Source: Clostridia bacterium
GTDB lineage: Bacteria; Bacillota; Clostridia; Oscillospirales; CAG-272
Length of the DNA stretch: 64,000 bases
Assembly: GCA_017452475.1 (NCBI GenBank)
Contig: JAFTMJ010000075.1
Location: 2,962 to 66,961, forward strand
Reading direction: 5' to 3'
In this document: positions 26,419 to 36,064 of the stretch, piece by piece
Layout of the letters: each line of letters begins with the position of its first letter
Numbering within the stretch: position 1 is the stretch's first letter
Notes under the pieces: model-generated
Told to the model about the DNA's origin: nothing
What the model saw: the letters and a program-made list of their open reading frames with translations, nothing else
Database searches by the model: none
Position numbers and translations under genes: made by a program

Positions 26419-26550
26419 AAAAGCTCCTTTGAAAACCTACTAAAAATATTCTATCACAATCCTGCCAAAAAGTAAATATATTTGTTGACTTAAATTCACA
26501 AGTATGGTAAAATTATAGCAGTAAAATATATTACTCACGAGGTGAAAAAT

Positions 26551-29382
26551 ATGAGATTTTATGAAAATCCCTTAAAAACATCCGAAAACAGGGAAAAACA
26601 AAGGGCATACTATATTCCGAAGGGTAGCGCCGAGTATCAATCCTTAAACGGTAAGTGGAGGTTTGCTTTTTTTGAAAACAGTGACCTTGCCACTGAGCCC
26701 GATTCTTGGGATGAAATTGATGTGCCTTCCTGCTGGCAGCTAAAGGGATATGAAAATCCTAACTACACAAACATTAATTTCCCATTCCCCTGCGATATGC
26801 CATATGTTCCCAATGTGAACCCAATGGGCGTTTATGAAAGGGAGTTTACAGTAAATGATACAAACAAGGAAACGTATATTGTTTTCGAGGGAGTTTGCTC
26901 CTGCGCCGTTCTTTACATTAACGGTAAATATGTGGGCTTTACACAGGGTAGCCATCTTCAGGCGGAAATTAAGATTTCCAAGTATGTAAGCAAGGGTACC
27001 AATACTGTAAGGGTGTATGTGTACAAGTGGAGCTGCAGCACATATGTTGAGGATCAGGATATGTTCCGTTATAACGGCATTTTCCGTGATGTTTATGTGC
27101 TTTCACGTGAGAAAAACCACATTAAGGATGTGGACATTCGTACAGTAGACAACAAAAAAATCGTTGTTAAGGCTGACCGCAAGGCAAATATTAAGCTTTA
27201 TGATAACGGTGAGCTGATTGGTGAAAAAAACGGCACCCAGTGTACGTTTTACGTTAAAAAGCCCCATCTTTGGACAGCTGAGGATCCGTACCTTTATACT
27301 GTTGTCATAACTCGCGGCGAGGAGGTTATAGAGCAGCGTATCGGCATTCGTACCATTAAGGTTTCCGAAAAGTATGAGCTTTTAATTAATAACACACCCG
27401 TTAAGCTTAAGGGCATTAACCACCACGACACAATGGTTGGTAAGGGCTACTGTATGAGTGATGAGGATATGAGGCGCGACCTTGAGCTTATGAAGGAGCT
27501 TAACATTAACTGTATTAGAACCTCCCACTATCCACCCCATCCGAAATTTGTTGATATGTGCGATGAAATGGGCTTCTATGTTGTCCTTGAGTGTGACAAT
27601 GAGGCTCATGGAATGATTCGCCGCTATCCTAATGCTGACTACAATTATGACGTAACGGAAAATGAGTGGCCCTGCTCTCACCCCGATTGGATTAAGGAGC
27701 ACGAGGAAAGAATGGCCCGTACCTATGAAAGAGATAAGAACCATTCATCGATAATTATTTGGTCACTGGGTAATGAGGCGGGTTATCATTCACTTTGTAA
27801 TGACCCAATGATTAACTATATCCGTCAGCACGACGGTGAAAGGCTTGTTCACTTTGAAAGTGCTTGCTGGAGGCAGGAGGGCATAGACAAAACCGATCTT
27901 TATTCCTGTATGTATCCAAGCATAGAGCGTACAGTAAAAGAGCTTACGGTAAATGACCGCAAAAAGCCTATTTATTTGTGCGAATTTTCCCACGCAATGG
28001 GTAATGGCCCGGGAGATGTATGGCAGTATGTTGACCTAATGTATAAGTATGACAACTTTGCGGGCGGCTGCATTTGGGAATGGGCTGATCACGTTGTTTT
28101 GGTTGACGGTGTACAGAAGTACGGCGGCGACTTCCCGGGTGAACTCACCCACGACGGTAACTTCTGCTGTGACGGTCTTGTTTTTGCAGATAGGTCATTT
28201 AAGGCAGGCTCATATGAAGTAAGGGCTGCATATGCACCCTTCCGTTTCGAATATAAGGCAGGAAGAATTAAAATTACCAACCACTATGATTTCACCAATC
28301 TTGCGGACTACACCTTTAAGTATTCCGTAAGGGTTGATGAAAGTACGGTAGAGGAAAAGAGTATAAAGCTAAAGCTTGCTCCTAAAAAGTCCGCTTTTAT
28401 TAAGCTTGATAAAATTCCAAAGGAGTGCAAGCTTGGCGCAAGCATAGATGTTGAGCTTTTCGACCCACAGGGTAAATCCTTGGGCTTGCTTTCACAGGAG
28501 CTTGATTGCAGGGTTGTTGGCGAAAAGAAGGACTTAACTCCTGCAAGCATTGTAAATGATACACACTTTGTATATGCTTCGGGGGATAACTTCTTGTATC
28601 GCTACAACAAGCAAATCGGCAACTTTGACAGCCTTGTTGTAAACGGAGAGGAGCTTCTTGCCGAGGGGGTTAAGATGTCCGCCTTCCGCGCTCTTACCGA
28701 TAATGACAAGAGAATGTCAGAGTTCTGGTCTAAGCAAACAACCTGGAAGGGCGAGAATATCGACTTTACTTCAACAAAGGTTTATAGCGTTAGCGTTAAC
28801 AAAAACACAATAACCGCTGAATGTAGCCTTGGCGGAATATCAATTATGCCGTACTTTAGATTTAAGCTTAAAACCACAGTTTACGCAAACGGCAGAATTT
28901 CCTATGCCGTAACAGGTGATGTAAGGAAGGATGCCGTATGGCTACCTCGCTTGGGCTTTGAGTTTACTCTAAAGAAGGAAAACAAGCAGTTTACATATTA
29001 CGGTATGGGTCCTGACGAAAACTACTGTGATATGTGCCACCATGCAAGGCTTGGTATGTTCTCAAGCTCTGCTGATATGGAATATGTAAACTATGTTCGC
29101 CCACAGGAGCACGGCAACCATATGAAAGCAAGGCTTTTGAATATTGAGGACAAGATTGAATTTACAGGAAAGGGCTTTGAGTTCAATGTTTCCAACTACT
29201 CAATTGAGCAAATTCAAAAGGCAGAGCATACTGATGAGCTTGGGGAAAGCACCGCAACCCATGTAAGGATTGATTACAAGGTGTCTGGTGTTGGCTCATC
29301 CTCCTGCGGACCCGACATTTTGCCTGAGTACACAGTTAATGAAAAGCACATTGCCTTTAATTTTGATTTGAACCTACTGTAA
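26551..29382 (+). CDS. GH2 beta-galactosidase (LacZ-like)
   Basis: ATG at 26551, 6 nt after GAGGTG. Motifs CWQLKGYENPNYTNINFPF, IRTSHYP, WSLGNEAG and CEFSHAMGNGPG. Confidence 0.85.
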   Translation: MRFYENPLKTSENREKQRAYYIPKGSAEYQSLNGKWRFAFFENSDLATEPDSWDEIDVPSCWQLKGYENPNYTNINFPFPCDMPYVPNVNPMGVYEREFTVNDTNKETYIVFEGVCSCAVLYINGKYVGFTQGSHLQAEIKISKYVSKGTNTVRVYVYKWSCSTYVEDQDMFRYNGIFRDVYVLSREKNHIKDVDIRTVDNKKIVVKADRKANIKLYDNGELIGEKNGTQCTFYVKKPHLWTAEDPYLYTVVITRGEEVIEQRIGIRTIKVSEKYELLINNTPVKLKGINHHDTMVGKGYCMSDEDMRRDLELMKELNINCIRTSHYPPHPKFVDMCDEMGFYVVLECDNEAHGMIRRYPNADYNYDVTENEWPCSHPDWIKEHEERMARTYERDKNHSSIIIWSLGNEAGYHSLCNDPMINYIRQHDGERLVHFESACWRQEGIDKTDLYSCMYPSIERTVKELTVNDRKKPIYLCEFSHAMGNGPGDVWQYVDLMYKYDNFAGGCIWEWADHVVLVDGVQKYGGDFPGELTHDGNFCCDGLVFADRSFKAGSYEVRAAYAPFRFEYKAGRIKITNHYDFTNLADYTFKYSVRVDESTVEEKSIKLKLAPKKSAFIKLDKIPKECKLGASIDVELFDPQGKSLGLLSQELDCRVVGEKKDLTPASIVNDTHFVYASGDNFLYRYNKQIGNFDSLVVNGEELLAEGVKMSAFRALTDNDKRMSEFWSKQTTWKGENIDFTSTKVYSVSVNKNTITAECSLGGISIMPYFRFKLKTTVYANGRISYAVTGDVRKDAVWLPRLGFEFTLKKENKQFTYYGMGPDENYCDMCHHARLGMFSSSADMEYVNYVRPQEHGNHMKARLLNIEDKIEFTGKGFEFNVSNYSIEQIQKAEHTDELGESTATHVRIDYKVSGVGSSSCGPDILPEYTVNEKHIAFNFDLNLL

Positions 29383-29422
29383 ACAAAAAAACGCATTGCC
29401 CGCTTGTGGCAATGCGTTTTTA

Positions 29423-29959
29423 CTATTTGGTTTGTTCGATTAAAAGACGCTTAATTGCGGTGCTTTGCATAAGCAGGTGGCAAACAGCAGTGCCGACAAC
29501 AAAGCATACAGAGCCTTGGATAAGGTTAAAGGGTATGCTTGCTATAGCCATACTAACACCGTAAACAATAGATTCGTAAGCAAAATATCCTAAGACCATA
29601 ACTCCCTCGGCAATAAGGGCGCTTAACAGCCTTGACAAAATATTGCCAATCCTTTCATCCTTTATAAGCCTTACGAAAAGGAAAAAGCTGTAATAGCAAC
29701 TTAACGCCACGATAGCCTTAATTACAAGTGTAGCGGGCGCGTAAATTGCAAAGCCCGAAAAAATATCGGCTAATGAAGCGCCAATGCCCGATGCCAAGGC
29801 ACCCCAAGGACCTAAAAGCCAAGCGGAGCAAAGGATGAAAATGTCGCCTAAATTGATGCTTCCAATGGCAGGAGCAGGGACTGCCACAAAGGTGGTAACC
29901 ACACAAATTATAGCTGCAAAAATGCCGCAGATTGTAAGCTTTTTAATGTGCTTGTTCAA
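29423..29959 (-). CDS. ECF-transporter S-component-like membrane protein
   Basis: TTG start 9 nt after GGAGG. The longer track ORF would run through the rplU promoter. About 5-6 TM helices; the substrate is unknown. Confidence 0.55.
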   Translation of the reverse strand: MNKHIKKLTICGIFAAIICVVTTFVAVPAPAIGSINLGDIFILCSAWLLGPWGALASGIGASLADIFSGFAIYAPATLVIKAIVALSCYYSFFLFVRLIKDERIGNILSRLLSALIAEGVMVLGYFAYESIVYGVSMAIASIPFNLIQGSVCFVVGTAVCHLLMQSTAIKRLLIEQTK

Positions 29960-30063
29960 GAAAAATCGCCTCCGTAAATGGTATGAAAATATAATAGCAC
30001 ACGCAAAGAGTAAAGTCAATACTTTTATTGCACATATTATAACAAAAAAATCGCAAAAAAGTA

Positions 30064-30092
30064 TTGACAAGCAACAAAACCTATGATATAAT
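30064..30092 (+). promoter_or_regulatory. Sigma-A promoter of rplU-prp-rpmA
   Basis: TTGACA, 17-nt spacer, TATAAT (perfect consensus). Confidence 0.75.
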
Positions 30093-30165
30093 CTGTATCG
30101 CCGCATAATGCTGTGGTCACAAAAGGCTTGTCCTACCCGGCTTAGCGAGTTTTCGATGAAAGAGA
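30093..30165 (+). promoter_or_regulatory. Probable ribosomal protein L21 leader
   Basis: An untranslated leader of about 75 nt between a consensus promoter and rplU, in the Firmicutes rplU-ysxB-rpmA context where the L21 leader is known. The structure was not verified by hand. Confidence 0.45.
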
Positions 30166-30175
30166 GGTGCTTTTC

Positions 30176-30487
30176 ATGTTTGCAATCATTCAAACAGGCG
30201 GAAAGCAGTACAAAGTAAACGAAGGAGACGTTATCTTCGTTGAGAAGCTTGGAGCTGAAGAAGGCGCTGAGGTTGTATTTGATCAGGTACTCGCAGTATC
30301 TAACGAAAACGGCTTCGTTGCAGGTGCTCCATATGTTTCCGGTGCTTCCGTAACAGCAAAGGTTGTTCGTAACGGCAAGGCAAAGAAAATTTACGTTATG
30401 AAGTACAAGGCTAAGAAGAACGAGAAGAAGAAGATCGGTCACAGACAGCCTTATACAAAGGTACAGATCGAAAAGATCGTTGGCTAA
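30176..30487 (+). CDS. rplU: 50S ribosomal protein L21
   Basis: [25 protein letters not shown].... Confidence 0.95.
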   Translation: MFAIIQTGGKQYKVNEGDVIFVEKLGAEEGAEVVFDQVLAVSNENGFVAGAPYVSGASVTAKVVRNGKAKKIYVMKYKAKKNEKKKIGHRQPYTKVQIEKIVG

Positions 30488-30501
30488 TTTCGGAGAAAAT
30501 T

Positions 30502-30870
30502 ATGACAAAGGTCGTATTTTTCAAGTCTAACGGAGTTTTCTGGGGCTTTGAGGAGCAGGGTCACACAGGGCTTGCAAGCAGCGGTAATGATATACTTTGC
30601 TCGGCAATTTCCGCAATGACAATGCTTGTTATCAACTCAATTGAGGTTGCATATGCTTCAGAGGTTGACTACGAAATAGACGAAAAGACAACAAATGTAC
30701 GTGTTGCCGCCCGTGGCGCGTTACCCGCTTACGAGAGTGATGAGAAAAAGAATTTTGCAATTTCAGGACTTATCATGGGCTACTACTACCAGCTTAATGA
30801 CTTGGTAGAGGAATACTACGATTACCTTGAGGTAGACGTGGTAGAGAAAGAATATGAAGGTAACAAATAA
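30502..30870 (+). CDS. prp: Ribosomal-processing cysteine protease Prp
   Basis: Located between rplU and rpmA. Catalytic context GHTG...[10 protein letters not shown]. Confidence 0.85.
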   Translation: MTKVVFFKSNGVFWGFEEQGHTGLASSGNDILCSAISAMTMLVINSIEVAYASEVDYEIDEKTTNVRVAARGALPAYESDEKKNFAISGLIMGYYYQLNDLVEEYYDYLEVDVVEKEYEGNK

Positions 30871-30898
30871 ACGTAAAAATTTAACGGAGGAACATATA

Positions 30899-31177
30899 AT
30901 GTTAAGACTTGGTTTACAGTTCTTCGCTCACAAAAAGGGTGTTGGTTCTACAAAGAACGGCAGAGACAGTGAGTCTAAGCGTCTTGGTGTTAAGAAGTCA
31001 GACGGTTCTAATGTAATCGCTGGTAACATCATTGTAAGACAAAGAGGAACAAAAATTCATCCTGGTACCAATGTTGGTATCGGTAAGGACGACACACTCT
31101 TTGCTTTGGCAGACGGTGTAGTTAAGTTTGACTACATGGCTAAGGACAAGAAGCGTGTTAATGTTATTGCGAAGTAA
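30899..31177 (+). CDS. rpmA: 50S ribosomal protein L27 with an N-terminal propeptide
   Basis: [32 protein letters not shown], with GGAGG at 30886-30890. Confidence 0.95.
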   Translation: MLRLGLQFFAHKKGVGSTKNGRDSESKRLGVKKSDGSNVIAGNIIVRQRGTKIHPGTNVGIGKDDTLFALADGVVKFDYMAKDKKRVNVIAK

Positions 31178-31194
31178 TTTAATTTAACTTAGAT

Positions 31195-31233
31195 AAAAGG
31201 CGCTTGAAAAAACAAGCGCCTTTTATCTTTTTT
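31195..31233 (+). terminator. Terminator of the rplU operon
   Basis: AAAAGGCGCTTG-AAAAAA-CAAGCGCCTTTT followed by ATCTTTTTT. Confidence 0.85.
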
Positions 31234-31322
31234 GCCAAAAAAGTATAATTTTATGAAAACATCTTCACAATATGATAAAAATGTGGTAAAATAACTAAGA
31301 ATATAAAAGTTACGAGGTAATT

Positions 31323-32045
31323 ATGTTAGAGTTAAAAAATGTTTCCTTCAAGGTCACCACTGAGGACGGCGGTGAAAAGGAAATTTTAAAGAATGTAAGC
31401 CTTAAAATTGAAGATAGATTTGTGGCAATCACAGGACCTAACGGCGGCGGTAAATCCACTCTTGCAAAAATAATTGCGGGCATTTACCCTGTAACAAGCG
31501 GTCAAATATTCTTAGACGGTGAGGATATAACAAGCAAGTCAATAACAGAAAGGGCAAAAATGGGCATCAGCTTTGCCTTTCAGCAGCCCGTTCGCTTTAA
31601 GGGCTTGACCGTGCGTGACCTAATCACATTAGCGGCAGGAAAGAGAATAAGCGTAACAGAGGCTTGCACATACCTTTCCGAGGTTAGTCTTTGCGCAAGA
31701 GATTATATTGACAGGGAGATTAACGCTTCCTTGTCAGGCGGTGAGCTCAAGAGAATTGAGATTGCAATGATAATGGCGCGAGGTACCAAGCTTTCGGTAT
31801 TTGATGAGCCTGAGGCAGGTATTGACCTTTGGTCTTTTAATAATCTAATTAGGGTGTTTGAAAAGATGCACGAAAAAATCAACGGCAACATCATTATTAT
31901 TTCTCACCAGGAAAGGATACTTGATATTGCTGACAAGATTATCGTTGTTTCAAACGGCGAGGTAACAAATTACGGTAAGAAGGAAGAAATTTTGCCATCC
32001 CTTCTCCGTGGAGACTATTCAAAATTCGGCTGTGTAAAGCTATAA
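31323..32045 (+). CDS. SufC-like ABC ATPase
   Basis: Walker A GPNGGGKST, signature LSGGELKR, Walker B LSVFDEPEAG. Paired with a SufB/D-like gene. Confidence 0.75.
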   Translation: MLELKNVSFKVTTEDGGEKEILKNVSLKIEDRFVAITGPNGGGKSTLAKIIAGIYPVTSGQIFLDGEDITSKSITERAKMGISFAFQQPVRFKGLTVRDLITLAAGKRISVTEACTYLSEVSLCARDYIDREINASLSGGELKRIEIAMIMARGTKLSVFDEPEAGIDLWSFNNLIRVFEKMHEKINGNIIIISHQERILDIADKIIVVSNGEVTNYGKKEEILPSLLRGDYSKFGCVKL

Positions 32046-32062
32046 TAAAGTAGGAAATTAAA

Positions 32063-32980
32063 ATGGATGCAATACAAAAGGGTCTGCTCGAAAAGGTTGC
32101 GGACTTACACGAAATACCGGAGGGCGCTTATAATATAAGAGCAAACGGCGGCTTAGGCGGCAGGAACACAACTGCCAACATTGATATCGTTACAAAGACG
32201 GATAAGCCGGGTATCGATATAATAATAAAGCCAAATACAAAAAATGAGAGTGTGCATATTCCTGTGGTTATCAGCGAAAGCGGAATTAAGGAAATGGTTT
32301 ATAACGATTTCTTTATCGGCGAAAATGCAGATGTCATAATCGTGGCAGGCTGCGGAATTCACAACAGTGGGGACAGTGACTCTGCTCACGATGGTATTCA
32401 CACCTTTCATGTAGGCAAAAACGCGAAAATTAAATATGTTGAGCGCCATTACGGAGAGGGTGAGGGCACAGGCTCAAGGATAATGAACCCCGAAACCGTA
32501 ATTGAAATTGATGATGGCGGATATATGGAGATGGAAACAACCCAAATTAAGGGAATTGAGTCAACCGTCAGAAAAACCACCGCCACCCTTGGTAACGATG
32601 CAAAGCTTGTCATTAAGGAAAGCTTGATGACCCATGGCAAGCAGTTTGCAAAAACGGATTTTACCGTTGATTTAAACGGTGAAAACAGCTCTGCTAACGT
32701 TATTTCCCGTTCTGTTGCAAGGGACGAATCGTACCAAGAGTTTTACTCCAATATAAGAGGAAATAACAAGTGCGCGGGCCACACTGAGTGTGATGCAATT
32801 TTGATGGATAAGGCAAGGGTTATTGCAATTCCCGAAATTGCTGCAAACCACATTGATGCCAGCCTGATTCACGAGGCGGCAATAGGTAAAATAGCGGGAG
32901 AACAGCTTATGAAGCTTATGACCTTGGGTCTTACCGAGGCAGAGGCTGAGGAGCAAATTGTAAACGGCTTTTTGAAATAA
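32063..32980 (+). CDS. SufB/SufD-family protein
   Basis: 305 aa. The C-terminus, LIHEAAIGKIAGEQLMKLMTLGLTEAEAEEQIVNGF, is typical of the SufBD beta-helix family. Confidence 0.7.
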   Translation: MDAIQKGLLEKVADLHEIPEGAYNIRANGGLGGRNTTANIDIVTKTDKPGIDIIIKPNTKNESVHIPVVISESGIKEMVYNDFFIGENADVIIVAGCGIHNSGDSDSAHDGIHTFHVGKNAKIKYVERHYGEGEGTGSRIMNPETVIEIDDGGYMEMETTQIKGIESTVRKTTATLGNDAKLVIKESLMTHGKQFAKTDFTVDLNGENSSANVISRSVARDESYQEFYSNIRGNNKCAGHTECDAILMDKARVIAIPEIAANHIDASLIHEAAIGKIAGEQLMKLMTLGLTEAEAEEQIVNGFLK

Positions 32981-33050
32981 TAGACATTTGTCTAAAATCT
33001 AAACCTCCCTTCTTTCAAGGGAGGTTCTATGTTATTTGGAGGGCGAAGCG

Positions 33051-33971
33051 GTGAATATACAGTATTTAAAGTATGCCTTAGAGGTTGACAAGCATAAATC
33101 GATAAGCAAGGCTGCAAGGGAGCTTTTTATGGGACAGCCTAATTTGAGCCGCGCCATTAAGGAGCTGGAGGATGACCTTGGCATAACAATTTTTGAAAGG
33201 AACTCGAAGGGTGTTTCACCAACACCTGACGGTGAGGAGTTTTTGCAATACGCAAGGAGAATACTTCTCCAAATCAACGAGGTTGAGGATATATATAAGA
33301 TAGGCAAAAAGAAAAAGTCCAGCTTTTCCGCCTGTGTTCCCCGTGCGGGCTATATTGCTTATGCCTTTGCGGAGCTATCTAAAAATATAGATACGCAAAG
33401 CCCGGCGGAAATATTTTATAAGGAAACCAACTCAATGCGTACCATAAATAATGTGGTAAAGGGGGACTATAACTTAGGAATTATAAGGTATTTAACCACA
33501 TTTGAAAAATATTTTGAGTCCCTGTTCCTTGAAAAGAATTTAGTGGCTGAAACAATAACGGAGTTTTCCTATGTCCTTGCAATGTCACAAAACAACCCAC
33601 TGGCAAAAAAGAAAAATATTAAACCCGAGGATTTGGGTGAGTACATAGAAATAGCCCACGCAGACCCGTATGTACCCTCCCTGCCCGTTATTGACGTAAA
33701 AAAAGCGGAAATGTCTGAGTTTGTGGATAAGAGAATATATGTGTTTGAGCGCGCAAGCCAATATATGCTTCTTGAAAACGTGCCAAACACCTTTATGTGG
33801 ATATCCCCAATTCCTGACGAGATGCTTGAGCAGCATAACCTTATTGAGAGGGAGTGCAGCTTTTCAAAGAAAAAGTACAAGGATGTCCTAATATACCGTC
33901 AGGGCTACAAGCTGACCGACCTTGACAAAATGTTTATAGAAAATGTAAAAAAGGCAAACGAAGGACGTTAG
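33051..33971 (+). CDS. LysR-family transcriptional regulator
   Basis: GTG at 33051, 7 nt after GGAGGG. HTH: IQYLKYALEVDKHKSISKAARELFMGQPNLSRAIKELEDDLG. Confidence 0.8.
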   Translation: MNIQYLKYALEVDKHKSISKAARELFMGQPNLSRAIKELEDDLGITIFERNSKGVSPTPDGEEFLQYARRILLQINEVEDIYKIGKKKKSSFSACVPRAGYIAYAFAELSKNIDTQSPAEIFYKETNSMRTINNVVKGDYNLGIIRYLTTFEKYFESLFLEKNLVAETITEFSYVLAMSQNNPLAKKKNIKPEDLGEYIEIAHADPYVPSLPVIDVKKAEMSEFVDKRIYVFERASQYMLLENVPNTFMWISPIPDEMLEQHNLIERECSFSKKKYKDVLIYRQGYKLTDLDKMFIENVKKANEGR

Positions 33972-34065
33972 TTTAAATAGAAATTAATATGTTGACATAC
34001 AATTAAATTTGTGCTATAATATTCCTACAATCAAGTTGGGGGAATGGCTTAAGCCATATTTGCGT

Positions 34066-34281
34066 ATGAAATACAAAACCTTTAAGGAAGAAATGCGTGG
34101 AAAATGCAGGAAATGCATTAATGAGCAGTTGGGCGTTCATTTTAAACATCAGGACTGTGAGTTTTGGGATTTTCCTGAGGAGTGTGTTAGCTGTAAAGCA
34201 GTAAAGAACATTGTAACGGACATTAAATTTATCAAAAGGCACAAGCTTTGGTTCAAAAAGGTATCAAAGGCAGAAAAATAA
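34066..34281 (+). CDS. Small Cys-rich (putative zinc-ribbon) protein, about 71 aa
   Basis: Has its own TTGACA-17-TATAAT promoter (33992-34020) and a terminator hairpin (about 34300-34330). Cys pattern CRKC...C...CVSC. The start is uncertain and has no good SD. Confidence 0.45.
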   Translation: MKYKTFKEEMRGKCRKCINEQLGVHFKHQDCEFWDFPEECVSCKAVKNIVTDIKFIKRHKLWFKKVSKAEK

Positions 34282-34424
34282 CAATCTTATATAAGCATAA
34301 GTGCGGCTGTGTATTCAGCCGCACTTTTAAGTATTTGTTAATTTTGGTTATATTTTTTAATGCTAATTGACATCAAAACACTAATGTGCTAAGATATAAT
34401 CAAATTATTTTAAGGAGAAGAGAA

Positions 34425-35894
34425 ATGATAAAGAGAATAATATTAGTTATGTTTTTGGTGATATGCCTCACGCTGTGTATTGCTTCTTGCGGTGAGAGTG
34501 AAACTGCTCCAAGCACGACAGGTTCAAGCACTGCGCAGTCAAAGCCACCTCACACCCACATATACGGTGAGTGGAATGAAACTAAGGCGCCAACCTGCCA
34601 AGAGGACGGGCAAAGGGAACAAAGCTGCTCCTGCGGAGATAAGAAAACAGAAGCAATCCCCGCATTGGGTCACACAGAGGAAACAGTTGGCGGTAAAGAA
34701 CCGACCTGTACTGAGGACGGCTTAACCGACGGCAAAAAATGCTCCGTATGTGGTGAAATTCTGCTTGCCCAAGCACCTATCCCTTCGACAGGTCACACTG
34801 ATGAAACGGTTGAAGGAAAAGAGCCAACCTGTACAGAAAAGGGCTTAACCGACGGCAAAAAATGTACCATCTGCGGTGAAACTACCCTTGAACAGACAGA
34901 AATCAAGGCTAAAGGACATACCGAAGAAACGGTAAAGGGCTATGAAGCTACTTGCACCGAGGCAGGCTTAACCGACGGTAAAAAATGCTCCGTCTGCGGT
35001 GAAATCACTGTTGAACAAGAAACTATTGATGCGGCAGGGCATAATTACGAGGACGGTGCCTGCACAGTATGCAAAATTAAATATGTAAGCGCAGGGCTTG
35101 ATTTTGTTTTGTCTGAGGATGAGACATATTATATTGTTGCCGGCTTAGGAAAGTGCGAGGATATAGAGCTGTATATTCCGGCAACATATGAAAATAAGCC
35201 TGTTTTGGAAATTGCAAAGTTTGCATTTAAGGACAAATACCACCTTGTAAAGATTTTCATTTCCGACGGCATTAAAAGCATAGGCAACGGCGCCTTCCAA
35301 AACTGTACCCTTGCCACTGTAATAGAGGTGCCCGATAGCGTTACAGAAATAGGAACAAATGCATTTATGAGCTGTGTAGCATTAACGGAATTTTATATTC
35401 CAAAGGAGCTTACAGTAATAAGCGGCACAACATTTTCTAACTGCAAGAGCCTTAAGAGCATTGAAATTCCGTCAAAGGTAACAACTATCGGAAACGGCGC
35501 ATTCTCTGACTGCAAGGGCTTAACCGAGGTAGTGATACCGTCAAATGTAAAGGACATCGGCTCCACAGCATTTTATAACTGCACGGGCATTAAGACTCTT
35601 GTGCTTCATAGCGGCGTAGAGTTTATAAGAGATCAGGCGTTTGCCAAATGCGTATTACTGGAAAAGGTGGTAATACCCGAAAGCGTAAATTACTTGGGCG
35701 GATATGCATTTGCTCAGTGTGCTGCGTTAAAATATGTATATGTACCGCAAAGTGTGGAAACCGTTGGCAGTCAGCTATTTTACAGCTCCTACAACGCATC
35801 TGTGTACACCGATGCATCAAGTAAGCCAAGTGGCTGGGCTTCCGATTGGAACAGTGGACTGAATGTTAATTGGGGATACACGGAAGAAAATTAA
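34425..35894 (+). CDS. Lipoprotein with Cys-rich 41-aa tandem repeats and a C-terminal LRR_5 (BspA-like) domain
   Basis: ATG at 34425 after AAGGAG. Lipobox CIASC, repeats of GHTxETVxGxExTCTExGLTDGKKCxxCGE, then LRR_5 units (FQNCTLATVIEVP, FMSCVALTEFYIP, FSNCKSLKSIEIP, FSDCKGLTEVVIP, FYNCTGIKTLVL). Confidence 0.85.
   Translation: MIKRIILVMFLVICLTLCIASCGESETAPSTTGSSTAQSKPPHTHIYGEWNETKAPTCQEDGQREQSCSCGDKKTEAIPALGHTEETVGGKEPTCTEDGLTDGKKCSVCGEILLAQAPIPSTGHTDETVEGKEPTCTEKGLTDGKKCTICGETTLEQTEIKAKGHTEETVKGYEATCTEAGLTDGKKCSVCGEITVEQETIDAAGHNYEDGACTVCKIKYVSAGLDFVLSEDETYYIVAGLGKCEDIELYIPATYENKPVLEIAKFAFKDKYHLVKIFISDGIKSIGNGAFQNCTLATVIEVPDSVTEIGTNAFMSCVALTEFYIPKELTVISGTTFSNCKSLKSIEIPSKVTTIGNGAFSDCKGLTEVVIPSNVKDIGSTAFYNCTGIKTLVLHSGVEFIRDQAFAKCVLLEKVVIPESVNYLGGYAFAQCAALKYVYVPQSVETVGSQLFYSSYNASVYTDASSKPSGWASDWNSGLNVNWGYTEEN
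34668..35036 (+). repeat. Three in-frame 123-bp tandem coding repeats
   Basis: Units start at 34668, 34791 and 34914, with degenerate copies on both flanks. Confidence 0.9.
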
Positions 35895-36064
35895 ATAAAA
35901 AATGAAAAAAGCATATGCTGATATTAGTTTTTACTAAGCTAAATTGGCTATGCTTTTTTTAATATACCCATATATTTTATTAGCATTTCACAAATAATAA
36001 CCAATATGATAAAATACAAACATAATTTTGATATGTCGTTTTTTGGCGACAAAAAGGAGCAGAA

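Noticed and set aside
29960-30442. The upstream 160 codons of the 339-aa minus-strand ORF
   Set aside because: They would be antisense to rplU and its promoter and leader, and the sequence is not membrane-protein-like. A TTG with GGAGG at 29959 begins the hydrophobic S-component-like part.
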